Below, one piece after another: positions 11,693-22,008 of a stretch of 64,000 nt of DNA. The DNA comes from Cirrosporium novae-zelandiae (taxonomy: Eukaryota), in contig JAPETS010000007.1 in NCBI GenBank assembly GCA_026023565.1, positions 248,001 to 312,000 on the forward strand, given 5' to 3'. Every line of letters begins with the position of its first letter. Positions within the stretch are counted from its first letter, which is position 1. Made by a program: the position numbers and the translations under genes. A model generated the notes under the pieces. That model was given only the letters and a program-made list of their open reading frames with translations. It did not search any database and had not been told where the DNA came from.

Positions 11693-12782
11693 ATGAACCC
11701 TCATATATCTGTTCCTCGACAGCATGGAGGATCTGGAACCTTTGGGAGTACGAACACGAGAGGAGATGGTCTTAAGATGCCGCAGTTCTTCAAGAGGCTA
11801 TTCAAGTTCCCCCAGATGGACTTTGAAATGGCAGTATGGGAGATGACCAACCTTATAATCTCTCCCAAGAAGGTATTCAGATCGATGTATTATCATGTGG
11901 GTTCTCGAGTTTTATTGGACACAGGCTGTCTCATGAAATACTAACGTTGAGTTGCAGAAACGTATGTTCTCTTCAAGAGTAGATCAAGTTTGACCTCCAA
12001 CACTCATAAATCTAGAAACCAAGAATACCTGGCATCGGCCCGATCCTTCCTTTACCTACCTTCTGTCACTGTTCCTCCTATTGACCTCACTTGCCTGGGG
12101 TCTTGCCTACACTAGATCCTTCGGTTCCATCGTACGACTCAGCTTCGTTTTCGTTTTCATCCATTTCCTCGCCCTATCCCTCATAATATCTACAATAGCC
12201 TATTTTTTGGTGGGAAAAGCTTTAGGGCCAGGAGTCTCTGGGTTTCCTGGCAGGAGAAGAACGCAAGGCCTATTTGCGAGGCCTGGGGAGATTGACCAAT
12301 TGGAATTTGGATATTGCTTTGATGTGAGGCAGTTTTGCTCTGCTCTGCGTTTTTTTGACTATGGCTGATTAGAATCAGGTTTCGATCAGAGCATTTTTCC
12401 CCATCTGGGTCTTCATATATGTAATCCAGTTCATATTGATGCCACTGGTTGCTGGAAACTTCTGGTGAGCATCCCCTCTGTGATACCTAAAACGCCACTA
12501 ATTGTTAAATAGGATATCACTCTTCGTCGGAAACTCGCTCTACCTCATAGCATTTGGTTATTATTTCGTAGTGACTTTCCTGGGGTACAATGGTGAGCAC
12601 TCTTGCTAGAGATAACTGGTGGTTAGACTGATCTTCTCAAAGCAATGCCTTTTCTTCATCATACGGAGCTACTTCTGTCGCCGATCGTGGTATTCGGCAT
12701 GCTTTGGCTCGTTAGCCTATTTGGGTATAATATCCCTAAACACATAGCTCCTGTGCTACTGCTTGGCTCCGGCCGCTCTTGA
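11693..12782 (+). CDS. GMH1: UNC-50/Gmh1 family Golgi membrane protein (6 exons, including a 4-nt micro-exon)
   Basis: RLFKFPQMDFEMAVWEM, spliced YYHKQTKNTWHRPDP, LEFGYCFDV, FLGYNAMPFLHHTELLL. Introns 11897-11957, 11962-12015, 12324-12378 and two more; stop TGA 12780-12782. Confidence 0.9.
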
Positions 12783-14010
12783 TATGAAGTTGTATTAATA
12801 TAAATATTTACGTTGCATCAAATTGCTACGCCTTGAGCAGGGGACTTATTTTGTGCCATCTGTAGACAGATCTTAATTTTATGATTTACGGGTTCTCTTT
12901 ATATACCTTCCCTGGTGGAAAAAAACGCGAAAGGTTTTTGTTGCTGCGTTGTGGTTTGTGCTCATACTTGGGGGAACACCAATCCTGCTCTGCCAACCTC
13001 AACAAAATAGGAGTCAGTTTCCACAAATGATAGTAAGGGGCTAGGATTTACGAGGCCAACAGGCCAAAGAATGGGTTATGCAAATTTCTAAATCAATAGA
13101 AGAAAGGATCTGGTTCCCATGTCCTATTTAACAACAACGTCATTTGATGAGACGCTTCTATCTTTGAACAAGACTTGTATGACACTAGTAATAGCCCTAA
13201 ATAGCCTATTTACGACCTCGCCATTTCAACTCACTGTCGATGGGGCTTCATAAGTTGGGATACTGTTCGCAGCTATTGACCTGGCTCTCCTTTCTCCCTT
13301 ATACTACTTCAAGCTTAACCCAAATAGAGGCCTGGGGACGACCCGAGTGAGCACGACGAATAATAAATATATTACAGGACATCGCCATAAAATCCTTACT
13401 ATTGTTATACAGGTACTGGATATACCATTAATTAATTAAAAAGGCTAGCTGCATTTGCACAAGATGGATAGATCAAAGATAAATAAATACGTATCTGTTT
13501 CTCCAATCTTTGAATAAACTTCAGCTTCATTTTCTTCTCCCTGCATGCAAATCAAACATAAGTATATGCTGTTTGCTGGAATTAGGGATAAAACAAGCAC
13601 TTAAGACTTTTTTCTTTCCAATCCTTCCATTAACTGATGTGTTGTGATGTGTTGTGCTTATATCTCCATCGACGTTCGTCGTATATTTGTGATCCTCCTT
13701 CCTGCAGCCTTAGCTCGATTTAATCAACGGTGTATTTAGAACCTTTTAAGAAAAAAATCTTTCTGGAATGAATCTCGCCAAAACCGAAGCCGAAGCCGAA
13801 GCATACCTTGGAAATATCTCAAAGAAGCTATCGCTGTCGCTGTCATCATCATCAAACCCACAACGAAATCCAGACGTATATAAGATAAGTGCCCGGTAGG
13901 AGAATCAACACATGCTCACATATTATGCATATGAAAGTAGCTCCAAAGCAACGGAAATGATAGATGTTTACTTAGTCCTTGTAATTATAATCCCCACGAC
14001 CTTTCACATT

Positions 14011-15510
14011 TCAACCGCTGCTGCTTTCAGAAGACTCAGAGGTTTCTGATTCTTCACTCTCACTTTGTACTCCCTCATCACCGTCCTTGGAGTCGGCGCT
14101 TTCTGAAACCGAGTCGGAGCTAGATGACGAAGACGAGGACGAGGATGACGAAGACTCCGATTCTGAGTCTGAAGCTACGGCCGAGGAGCCGTTACCAGCA
14201 CTTTTCGAACTGGCGGAGTCGGTAGATGAGTCCGACTCTGAGTCCTCGTCGGAGGAGCTTGAAGCATTGGAACTGGAATCCGAGCTAGAGCTGTTGCTCG
14301 TGTCTGAATCATCGTCCTCGTCGGACGACACTTGGGTCCGTCTTTTACGTCGTCGTTTAATTGTGCCGTCATTTAACTTGAGTCGTTTTCTAGCATCTTC
14401 GGTCTGTTCGGAAGGAGGGCGCACGCCATTGGTTGTGGGCCCATTTGATGTATGGAGGACCATCTCTGCTCGTTGCCTAGTCGCCAGTCGACGTTTAAGT
14501 TTGGAGCCAGGATCCAAGAGTGAGGGTTCAACGGGCGGTGATAAGCCTCGACTATTCAGTAATTGGGACTTGTATGCTTCAAGAGCTTCATTGTAATATT
14601 GCTGTCTTCGTTGGGGGTCCTCCATTTCAGGATCGTCGTCCGTATCAAATGATTTAGAGGTATCTTGAACAATTTCTTTCAAGGCGTTGTTACGAAGTCG
14701 CTGCTTGGCTGCTACTCCTTGTAGACTATTGATGTAGACTTGAAGTGCGATATCGTACTGGAGTGGAACCCGAGAGGTATCGAAGATATGCTTGAGCAAC
14801 CAGTTCTGCTTGCTCTTATTGAACTTCCAAGTATCTCTCGAGGCGTGATACTGCTGTAGATAGACCAATGCGGGGTGTACCTCACTTTCAATTGGACTAT
14901 TTACGCTGGTATTGATAGGCATCCGATTATTTCGGTTCCTAGGTCTCTTTACCTTGCGCTTAATAGTGGCTTGATCTTCCAATTGAGGTTTCCCACGTAC
15001 AGATGCGTTGGCGTTGGCGATCCGCGCACCGACCTCTAGTTCTTGTTCCTCTTGTTGCTCAGCATCATATGCATCAAGGAGTTCCTTGGTGCTAACAGCG
15101 TCCTCCTCTTTCGTACCCGTTGAAAAGGAGACGGATTTACGTTTCGAGCGATTTGGTTTTGAGGGGCGTGAAGTTAATGCGGTGGGTGAAGCCGCGGGCA
15201 CCTTGGTTGCGGACGACGATGACGGTGGTGCTGCAGCTTCATTCCGAGAACCACTCACAGGACTTTCGAAGCGGTGATGCTGGGATTTATGTTTTGGTGC
15301 TTGCGAGGTGCTGGTTGATGGGGTAGTAGTAGGCTTTTCTGTTGGATTCGGACGTTCGACTCGACGTTTTTTGCGAGCTGGCGGTAGCTCAGACCTATCG
15401 ATTCGAGTCGGAGAGCTTTCCTCAGCGTTCTTGAGCTTCTTCATGCCCAATTTTTTTCGGGTAGGGTTATGCGAGCTTGCGGTATAGGAACGCTGTTGTT
15501 CTGAGGGCAT
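14011..15510 (-). CDS. WKF-domain (DUF2373/YCR016W-like) basic nucleolar protein with an S/D/E-rich tail
   Basis: ALVYLQQYH..WKFNKSKQNWLLKH..YINSLQG signature, K/R-rich NLS-like tracts and an acidic Ser-rich C-terminus. First ATG at 15510. Confidence 0.8.
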   Translation of the reverse strand: MPSEQQRSYTASSHNPTRKKLGMKKLKNAEESSPTRIDRSELPPARKKRRVERPNPTEKPTTTPSTSTSQAPKHKSQHHRFESPVSGSRNEAAAPPSSSSATKVPAASPTALTSRPSKPNRSKRKSVSFSTGTKEEDAVSTKELLDAYDAEQQEEQELEVGARIANANASVRGKPQLEDQATIKRKVKRPRNRNNRMPINTSVNSPIESEVHPALVYLQQYHASRDTWKFNKSKQNWLLKHIFDTSRVPLQYDIALQVYINSLQGVAAKQRLRNNALKEIVQDTSKSFDTDDDPEMEDPQRRQQYYNEALEAYKSQLLNSRGLSPPVEPSLLDPGSKLKRRLATRQRAEMVLHTSNGPTTNGVRPPSEQTEDARKRLKLNDGTIKRRRKRRTQVSSDEDDDSDTSNSSSSDSSSNASSSSDEDSESDSSTDSASSKSAGNGSSAVASDSESESSSSSSSSSSSSSDSVSESADSKDGDEGVQSESEESETSESSESSSG

Positions 15511-15651
15511 GCTTGAACTTTGGGATGATGCCAAAGGTGAAATGGGGTATATAAAATTCAGGAATACCTAACAATGAATTCTAGAAATTTTAGAGTCATG
15601 GTCCTGCCAAAACTTGGAGAAAAATTAATTTCAAACATCCAAGTGTGAATT

Positions 15652-15683
15652 TTTTGGTAATTTTGGTAATTTTGGTAATTTTG
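15652..15683. repeat. Tandem 9-mer (TTTTGGTAA) x3.5 in a divergent promoter
   Basis: Exact copies at 15652, 15661 and 15670, plus a partial copy. Confidence 0.85.
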
Positions 15684-15904
15684 CTACATTAACTTGGCCT
15701 GTCGGTAACCGTAACGGCTTGTTCCGTTTGATATCAAGCTCTCAAGGCTTCCTTCTCTACGCGTTCGGACAGGAATATCACCCTAAACTTAGATATCCTT
15801 CATCACCCTCTTGATTCCTTCATATTTGCTCCCCTCTATACTTATTGCAGCTTCCTCATCAAGAAACCCTTTTACCCCCGCACAATACTACAGTCGCCGT
15901 CAAC

Positions 15905-16969
15905 ATGTCAGGTTTGGAACCTCCGAAGCTCTTAAAGTTATTGCATATATTAGAAGCTAATTGATTCATGTTACAGGCAGCGCTGGCTACGATAGGCATA
16001 TTACTATCTTCTCGGAGGCGGGTCGGTTGTATCAAGTCGGTTCGTTGTTTGCCTTCTGATTATACGTGGCTGGCTCAGCACGGGACTGGTTGAAGTGGAG
16101 GCAAAACGGGCGTCTGCCATGAAACATCGCTGACAATCTATCTTGGGTGAACGCAGAATATGCCTTCAAAGCCATTACAGCTGCGAATATCACATCGCTC
16201 GGCGTCAAGGGCAAGAACTGTGCAGTCGTTTTATCCCAGAAAAAGGTCCCTGTATGCTTCACCCCGCTCCATCTCAGCCCGCCAAGATACTCATTCATGG
16301 AATTTCCTAGGATAAACTCATTGACCCGGCTTCGGTCTCATACATTTTCAAACTCTCTCCATCGGTTGGTTGCGTCATGACTGGGTCGATAGCAGATGCT
16401 CGTGCGTCAGTAATGAGGGCAAGAGGTGAAGCTGCTGAATTTCAGTACAAGTATGGATATGAAATGCCTTGCGATGTTCTAGCAAAGAGATTGGCAAACA
16501 TCAATCAAGTCTACACCCAGAGGGTATGGATTAGAATATTATAGAGGAACATGTTCTAGATTTGCTAATTACCACACTTTAGGCCTATATGCGACCTCTA
16601 GGTGTTGCCATTACGCTTATCTCTGTTGATTCCGAGTTCGGCCCTCAGCTCTACAAATGTGACCCCGCAGGATACTATGTTGGTTACAAAGCAACGGCAT
16701 CTGGACCCAAGCAACAAGAGGTGTTCAATGCACTAGAGAAGAAGCTGAAGAACAAGGATTGTGCAGAAGGCGACTGGAAGGATGTCGTGGAGCTGGGGAT
16801 CTCTACTCTTAGCAATGTCTTGAGTGTGGATTTCAAGAAAAACGAACTGGAGATTGGAATTATTGGAGGACCAGGAGTGGATGGCAAGGAAGGCACATTT
16901 AATGAGTTCCGAGCTTTGACCGAGGACGAGATCGAAGAACGATTACAGGCTATCAGCGAGAAAGATTAA
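15905..16969 (+). CDS. SCL1: 20S proteasome subunit alpha1 (PSMA6)
   Basis: Spliced [62 protein letters not shown]. Introns 15912-15976, 16040-16156 and two more. Confidence 0.95.
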
Positions 16970-18709
16970 GAGGGTGAATCTACTATCGCTTTTTACTGTC
17001 CGGCGAATGATTGTGCAAATCGCTAGTTCGGAGTTTCGATGGTTTATATGTGTACTAGACGTGGTTTAACGAAGTCACAAAAGGACATTAGAATGGGAAG
17101 TGATACATGACGACCTTTTTCAGCTTTAACGACGCTCGTGATGCCTCTTAATTGAAATTGTTGTTGACGGTTATAATAATCTATTGTGAGATACTGACGG
17201 TATGGCAGGCTTTAAGTTTCTGGTGGATCGAAGCGTGGAATTTTCCTTGGAAGTTCTGCATGGCCAGATATTGAATGAGACACAGACGCAATTGGGTGGA
17301 TCTACTGGTCGTTCCAATAATCGTCTCAAAAGGTGGCCGTGACGTTGACTAGAAATGGCCTATGGTCGTCCAGATGTCGCGCCTGGGTGACACAGCCAAC
17401 ACCAAACTAGTGGCCTACCCATGCAGGAACACGACAAGAACACTGGAAGTGAGCATGGCGGTGGTTGACAGGAAAGGATCAGATAGGTTCCCGACGAGAT
17501 GTATGGAGCAAAACGATCTCAACAGAATTCCAGCATCTCCATTTCCGGCCCATCGGATAAACCTAATCTGTATCGTGCATCTGCAAACAAATCTTACTAT
17601 CGCCTCGAAGCAGCCGCCATGACTTATTATCCGTTTTATCCCCCACCACATCTCAAGTTTAGATACAACCCTAGACGCAGCCCTGATTTTGGCGTGGAGA
17701 TGGATGCCGAATTCACCGACCGCATATTTCTCTTTCGGGCCAAATTCTCCCCTTTTCAGCTTTGATCACGACGTTTTCTGTATTTGATGATGGGTGCCAA
17801 TCTTTGCATTGGTCCAACCAAAAGCCCTGAAAAGCTTGGCATTGGGCGTTCTTTCCACTCTTTCGCTTGTGGACCCGAGGTAGCCCCAGCAATCTCAACT
17901 AATGGCCCAGCTATAGCCCAGCTATCAGCTTCCCCCGACAGCCAATGACAACCCCCAAGCCCAATGCCAACGTCCAAGAGGTTCCCTTGGCCTTTCCTAG
18001 TGATCGGGGGAGCCGCAATATGCAGAATCTATACTCCACTGCCTCCCACTGGCCCCGGCTTATATCTTCCGGTTCTATTTGCATATGGCCATTGCTCCCT
18101 AGTCGTCTCCACCCTTCAGCAACCCTCCAGCTCAGGGAGTATTATATTTTCTTTTTTGTTCGCCTGTCTCGCGTATGAGAGAGAACGCCCAGTACGCCAT
18201 CACCTAGGGGACGTCATCCACATTTCCTCTTTCCTCCGTCTTCTCCACAGGGTCAGCAGGGCCTTTCAGCAATATCTCTTTATCTACAGTCCGATCTTCT
18301 CCAGCTCTTTACTTTCTCATTCTCATAGGTTCTACTGCGTCTGCATGAAATTTTAGCCACCATTGACTACTCATGTCCTACTCAATTGAACAATTTTTCA
18401 TACTCCTTCGTATTAGTCCCTTTCTTCTTTTAGCCCAGCGACCCCTACCATATATATCGCCAGATTTTATAAGCTCATCACCGTCCACCATGGCGGCCCT
18501 CTTTTCTTTGTTAGTCAACCAACTAATTGATTATACTCGAGTCTACTATATTTTAATTTTCTTTCGCAAGGCATCGCTGTCATAGTACTTCCACTACTCG
18601 TGGGAATAATTAAGCAATGAGGGCGTCCTCAAGTCGCGTTGCCAGGCCTTCCACTTTCGTCACAGGTCTAGACCTTCACGTGCCTGCGCAGCAGCTTACC
18701 AAGACGTCA

Positions 18710-19506
18710 ATGTCAATGGCGGATGGATGTATGTATTCCCAAGTTGCTTAAGCTTCGCAGCCCTCCTCCACCATTTTCTCCTCAGATCTTCAGCTGTTTC
18801 ACTTGTACCCTAAAAGTGGGTGAGGATCTATTTTCTTGTGGTTGATGTAATGCAGTAAACACGGCCCGGGCCCTCCGCGTGACAGAACTTATCAACGACT
18901 TTCGCACCCTCCAACTCCACGTCTCCGACTTGGTCGCCCAGCACCCCCAACTCGATGCTCTCTCCTCACCCACTCAGTCCCCTCCCCTACAAGGCTACAT
19001 TATCCTCCGAAACTGCAGGCAAGAAGCTCAGAATCTTCTCTTTGCTGGTTTTGAGGATGTTGGGGTGTTAGTGGATGGTGACGGTGAGGGAGAAAAGCAG
19101 AAAGCAGAGTTGAGACGAATCATCAAAGATGCAGCTAGGAGACGGTTTCTAGCACAGAGAATTCACCTAAAAGCGAGAGCAGCAACTAGCTATATCAATG
19201 GTTTGGCCGGAGGTGGAAATGTGGGTGCGCTGGAAGGAAGGTTGCGTTCTGTAAGTTTTTATTTTGTTCACCCGCTCCTCCTCGTTCTTCTGTCAGAAGG
19301 CAAAGACAATGCTGGAGACGTCTCCTTCAACTTGGTGTGCCTCGGGAGAGAACTAGCTAGGCTAACGCGATTGTTCACTTTCACTGTGGTAGGAGTTGCA
19401 GGAATTATCAGACCAGCAAATCCTTGCAGATTTGCGAGCCGCTGATCTTCGATCTGGACTATGGATCGCCGAGGACCCATCCCCTGCGGAGGTGATTAGT
19501 GGCTAG
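18710..19506 (+). CDS. Small conserved fungal hypothetical protein (3 exons)
   Basis: Introns 18729-18855 and 19251-19392 give MSMADGLNTARALRVTELINDFRTLQ...LRS|ELQELSDQQILADLRAADLRSGLWIAEDPSPAEVISG*, which resembles a Pezizomycotina hypothetical family as I recall it. Confidence 0.7.
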
Positions 19507-20321
19507 ATGGTCAACAACAATAACAATGTTAGAAGGATCAAGGCTATAGAACGAGGGGTGAGAAAAGCTCGTATTCTTTTTCTCTTCGGTATTTTTTTTA
19601 AAGATTCCTCGGTTTACTTAGAGGAGCACGTGATTGTTTTTGCTTAGACGGGATTTGGACACAATCTTGAATTTAGGAAGATTCCTTAGATGACACAGGT
19701 TCGGGTTTTGGATTTGGGTCTGGGAGGGGGTGAAAGGAGCTTGGAAGGAATGGGGGATGGAGCTGGTTCACCATCGTTTGCTTCTTCCTTCGTGTTCTTT
19801 CCCTTCATGGAAAGGGATTACCTTTTTTGTTGGAGTTTTTTTTGTCTTTTGGTTTTGGGTTTTGGGTTGTGGGTACGTTTGGATAGATAGGCTTAGATAT
19901 CATTATAGTTATAATGCTAAAGTAGTGATAATGATGAATGGGAAGGATGCTGCTTTTTTTCCTTTTTATCAAGTTGGTTGGTTCTCTTGAGTATTTATTA
20001 TTCATGAGGTGGAGAAATGTATTTATCTGCTAGGGTAGCAGAAGAAGATTTAGTTTTTTTTGTTTGCATTCCATATTTTATTCGTTCCCGAGATCAGATC
20101 GAAATCATTTCTGTCTAATAATTTATTTGCTGGGCTTGCGCTGCCGAAAAGGTCAAAGGGATCGTAGGGGATTTCCATGTCATATCTACCGTCGTCATCG
20201 TCTGCGTTGTGAGGCTGGAAAGCAATGGGAATTCTACCATTGCCATTGCCCTTGATAATCATATTCACCCACCCATCATCGTCATCTTGATAGTCTAGAA
20301 TCCCCACTGATAAGATAATTT

Positions 20322-21213
20322 TTACTTCTTTCCTTTATGTTTCTTGCCGCCCCCTCCCATAGCAGCCTCCCTCCGTTTCCTCTCCCGCTCTTCAAACTCC
20401 TTCTTCTTCTCCTTCTCCATGGCTTCCTTCTCTTCTTTCTCTGCCTTCTTCCTCGCGGCTTCCGCCTCTCGCTTCTCTCGAATCAACTTCAGTCTGGCTA
20501 AGTCTGCACGCGCTTCGTCAGTTTTGCCTTCGGCCTGTAGCTTCTGGTATCGTTCCTTGGCTTGCTGCGCCTGTATGGCCTCACGCTCACGACGGGAGAG
20601 CTGACTGAGGGGTGTTTTGGATGAGGGAGGGGCTCCCGTGGAAGGATTGGATGCCTGGTGGCGGGAGGAGGCCGTGTGGTTGGGATTTGCGGGCATGTCG
20701 GTTTCATCCTCTTCGTCGTCTTCCTCCTCCGAATCGCTGGGTGGGAGGTCACCTGGTTGGGCGGCCTGCTGCTTCTTTTTTGCTATGGCGGCCTCTTTTT
20801 TTGCTTTCGTAGCAGCGCGGCGTTGCTCCCGCGTCATTTCTTCGGGTACCGGGCCGCCTTTGGCTGTAGTGTCTGCGTCGGAGCCATCTTCTTCTTCAGA
20901 AGATTCTTCTTCGCTTGATTCCTGCTCTTCGGGTTCTCGGGGTTCCTACGTGAGAGGCAAGTGTTAGTGTATGTGACAAGAAAGGAAATTCAAATGTGAG
21001 GGGAGGGGCGGGTTAAACTCACCCCCCACATGCCTTCAGGGTTGCCATCGGCGTCCAGAGGTTGGAGGTCTCTGCTGAAGTGCTTGCCACCTGCACAGAG
21101 AGGATGGGTTAAATTCTCAAGGCTAAGACTTGGAAAGACAGGGTGTTTTCAAACGAACCTCCTCTCTTAGGCTTGGTGTATTTCCCTGCGCGACCTCGGT
21201 CTCCGTATCCCAT
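20322..21213 (-). CDS. PDAP1/HASPP28-like 28 kDa heat- and acid-stable phosphoprotein
   Basis: Introns 21158-21091 and 21022-20946 give [27 protein letters not shown]...; PP28 motif [31 protein letters not shown]. Confidence 0.88.
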
Positions 21214-22008
21214 GATGATGATGATAGTGGTTAGGTGAGGGGTACTGTAAATTTGGGAGAACCAAGCGGCTGTAGGAAGAATTAGTTTGGTAAGTCACGA
21301 AGACGGTTTTGGGATAAAGCAAAGACAAGTTAATGAGACAGCTATATTGACGGGGTGGTAGTTCAAAATTCTTTGGAGTAATGAGGATGGTGAGATATGA
21401 GAAGCATAAACAGCAGTCCAGCAGTCCAGCAGTCCAACAGTGCCAATGTGCCTTTTGGGCTGCAAAAACCTCCCCACGCCCCCACCAACCCTTATCGGGA
21501 CTAGTACACCACTTAGCCCACCAAATCACAAATTCTCGATTTCTATTTCTACTGCTAGCTTTCTTTTCCTTCCTTCTTTCCTTTCCCTTCCTTTTTTTCT
21601 CCATCAAAACTGAACGATCCTCCAATATTCACTCTGGCTGTTCCAACAACTTTCAATGGATAGTCTTGGAGGGGAAACTGGAGGGCAGACTGATGCGAGA
21701 CGTTGACTTACCCCTTGACTTTGCGTGAAAAACTTTTCAACGTCGAAGAAGAGGAAATACATAACAACGAAACATTCATGTGTGGACACTTTGTAGTAAA
21801 TATAAATCTACCAGTGTTTTTTTTTTCATCTATCCGCCTATCACATCATCTACTATAGTGCTGGCTTGATGTACGATCATCCATCTCTTCATACGCTCGT
21901 TTCGTGAGTAATTACACTAGTCTATTGATTCGAGAATACAAATGGAGAATGAGAAAATCTTCCTCATGCGATCGTACAACAACCTTTAGAACCGTAAATA
22001 TTCTCAAT

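Noticed and set aside
14087..15326. Plus-strand acidic and Ser-rich ORFs opposite the WKF gene
   Set aside because: Antisense shadows of a low-complexity coding region.
19314..19325. 12-bp perfect palindrome GGAGACGTCTCC in an intron
   Set aside because: Expected by chance in 64 kb and has no supporting context.
20050..20307. 85-aa Asp-rich ORF downstream of the PDAP1-like gene
   Set aside because: It has a non-ATG start and lies in the probable 3' UTR made of GAT/GAC triplet runs.
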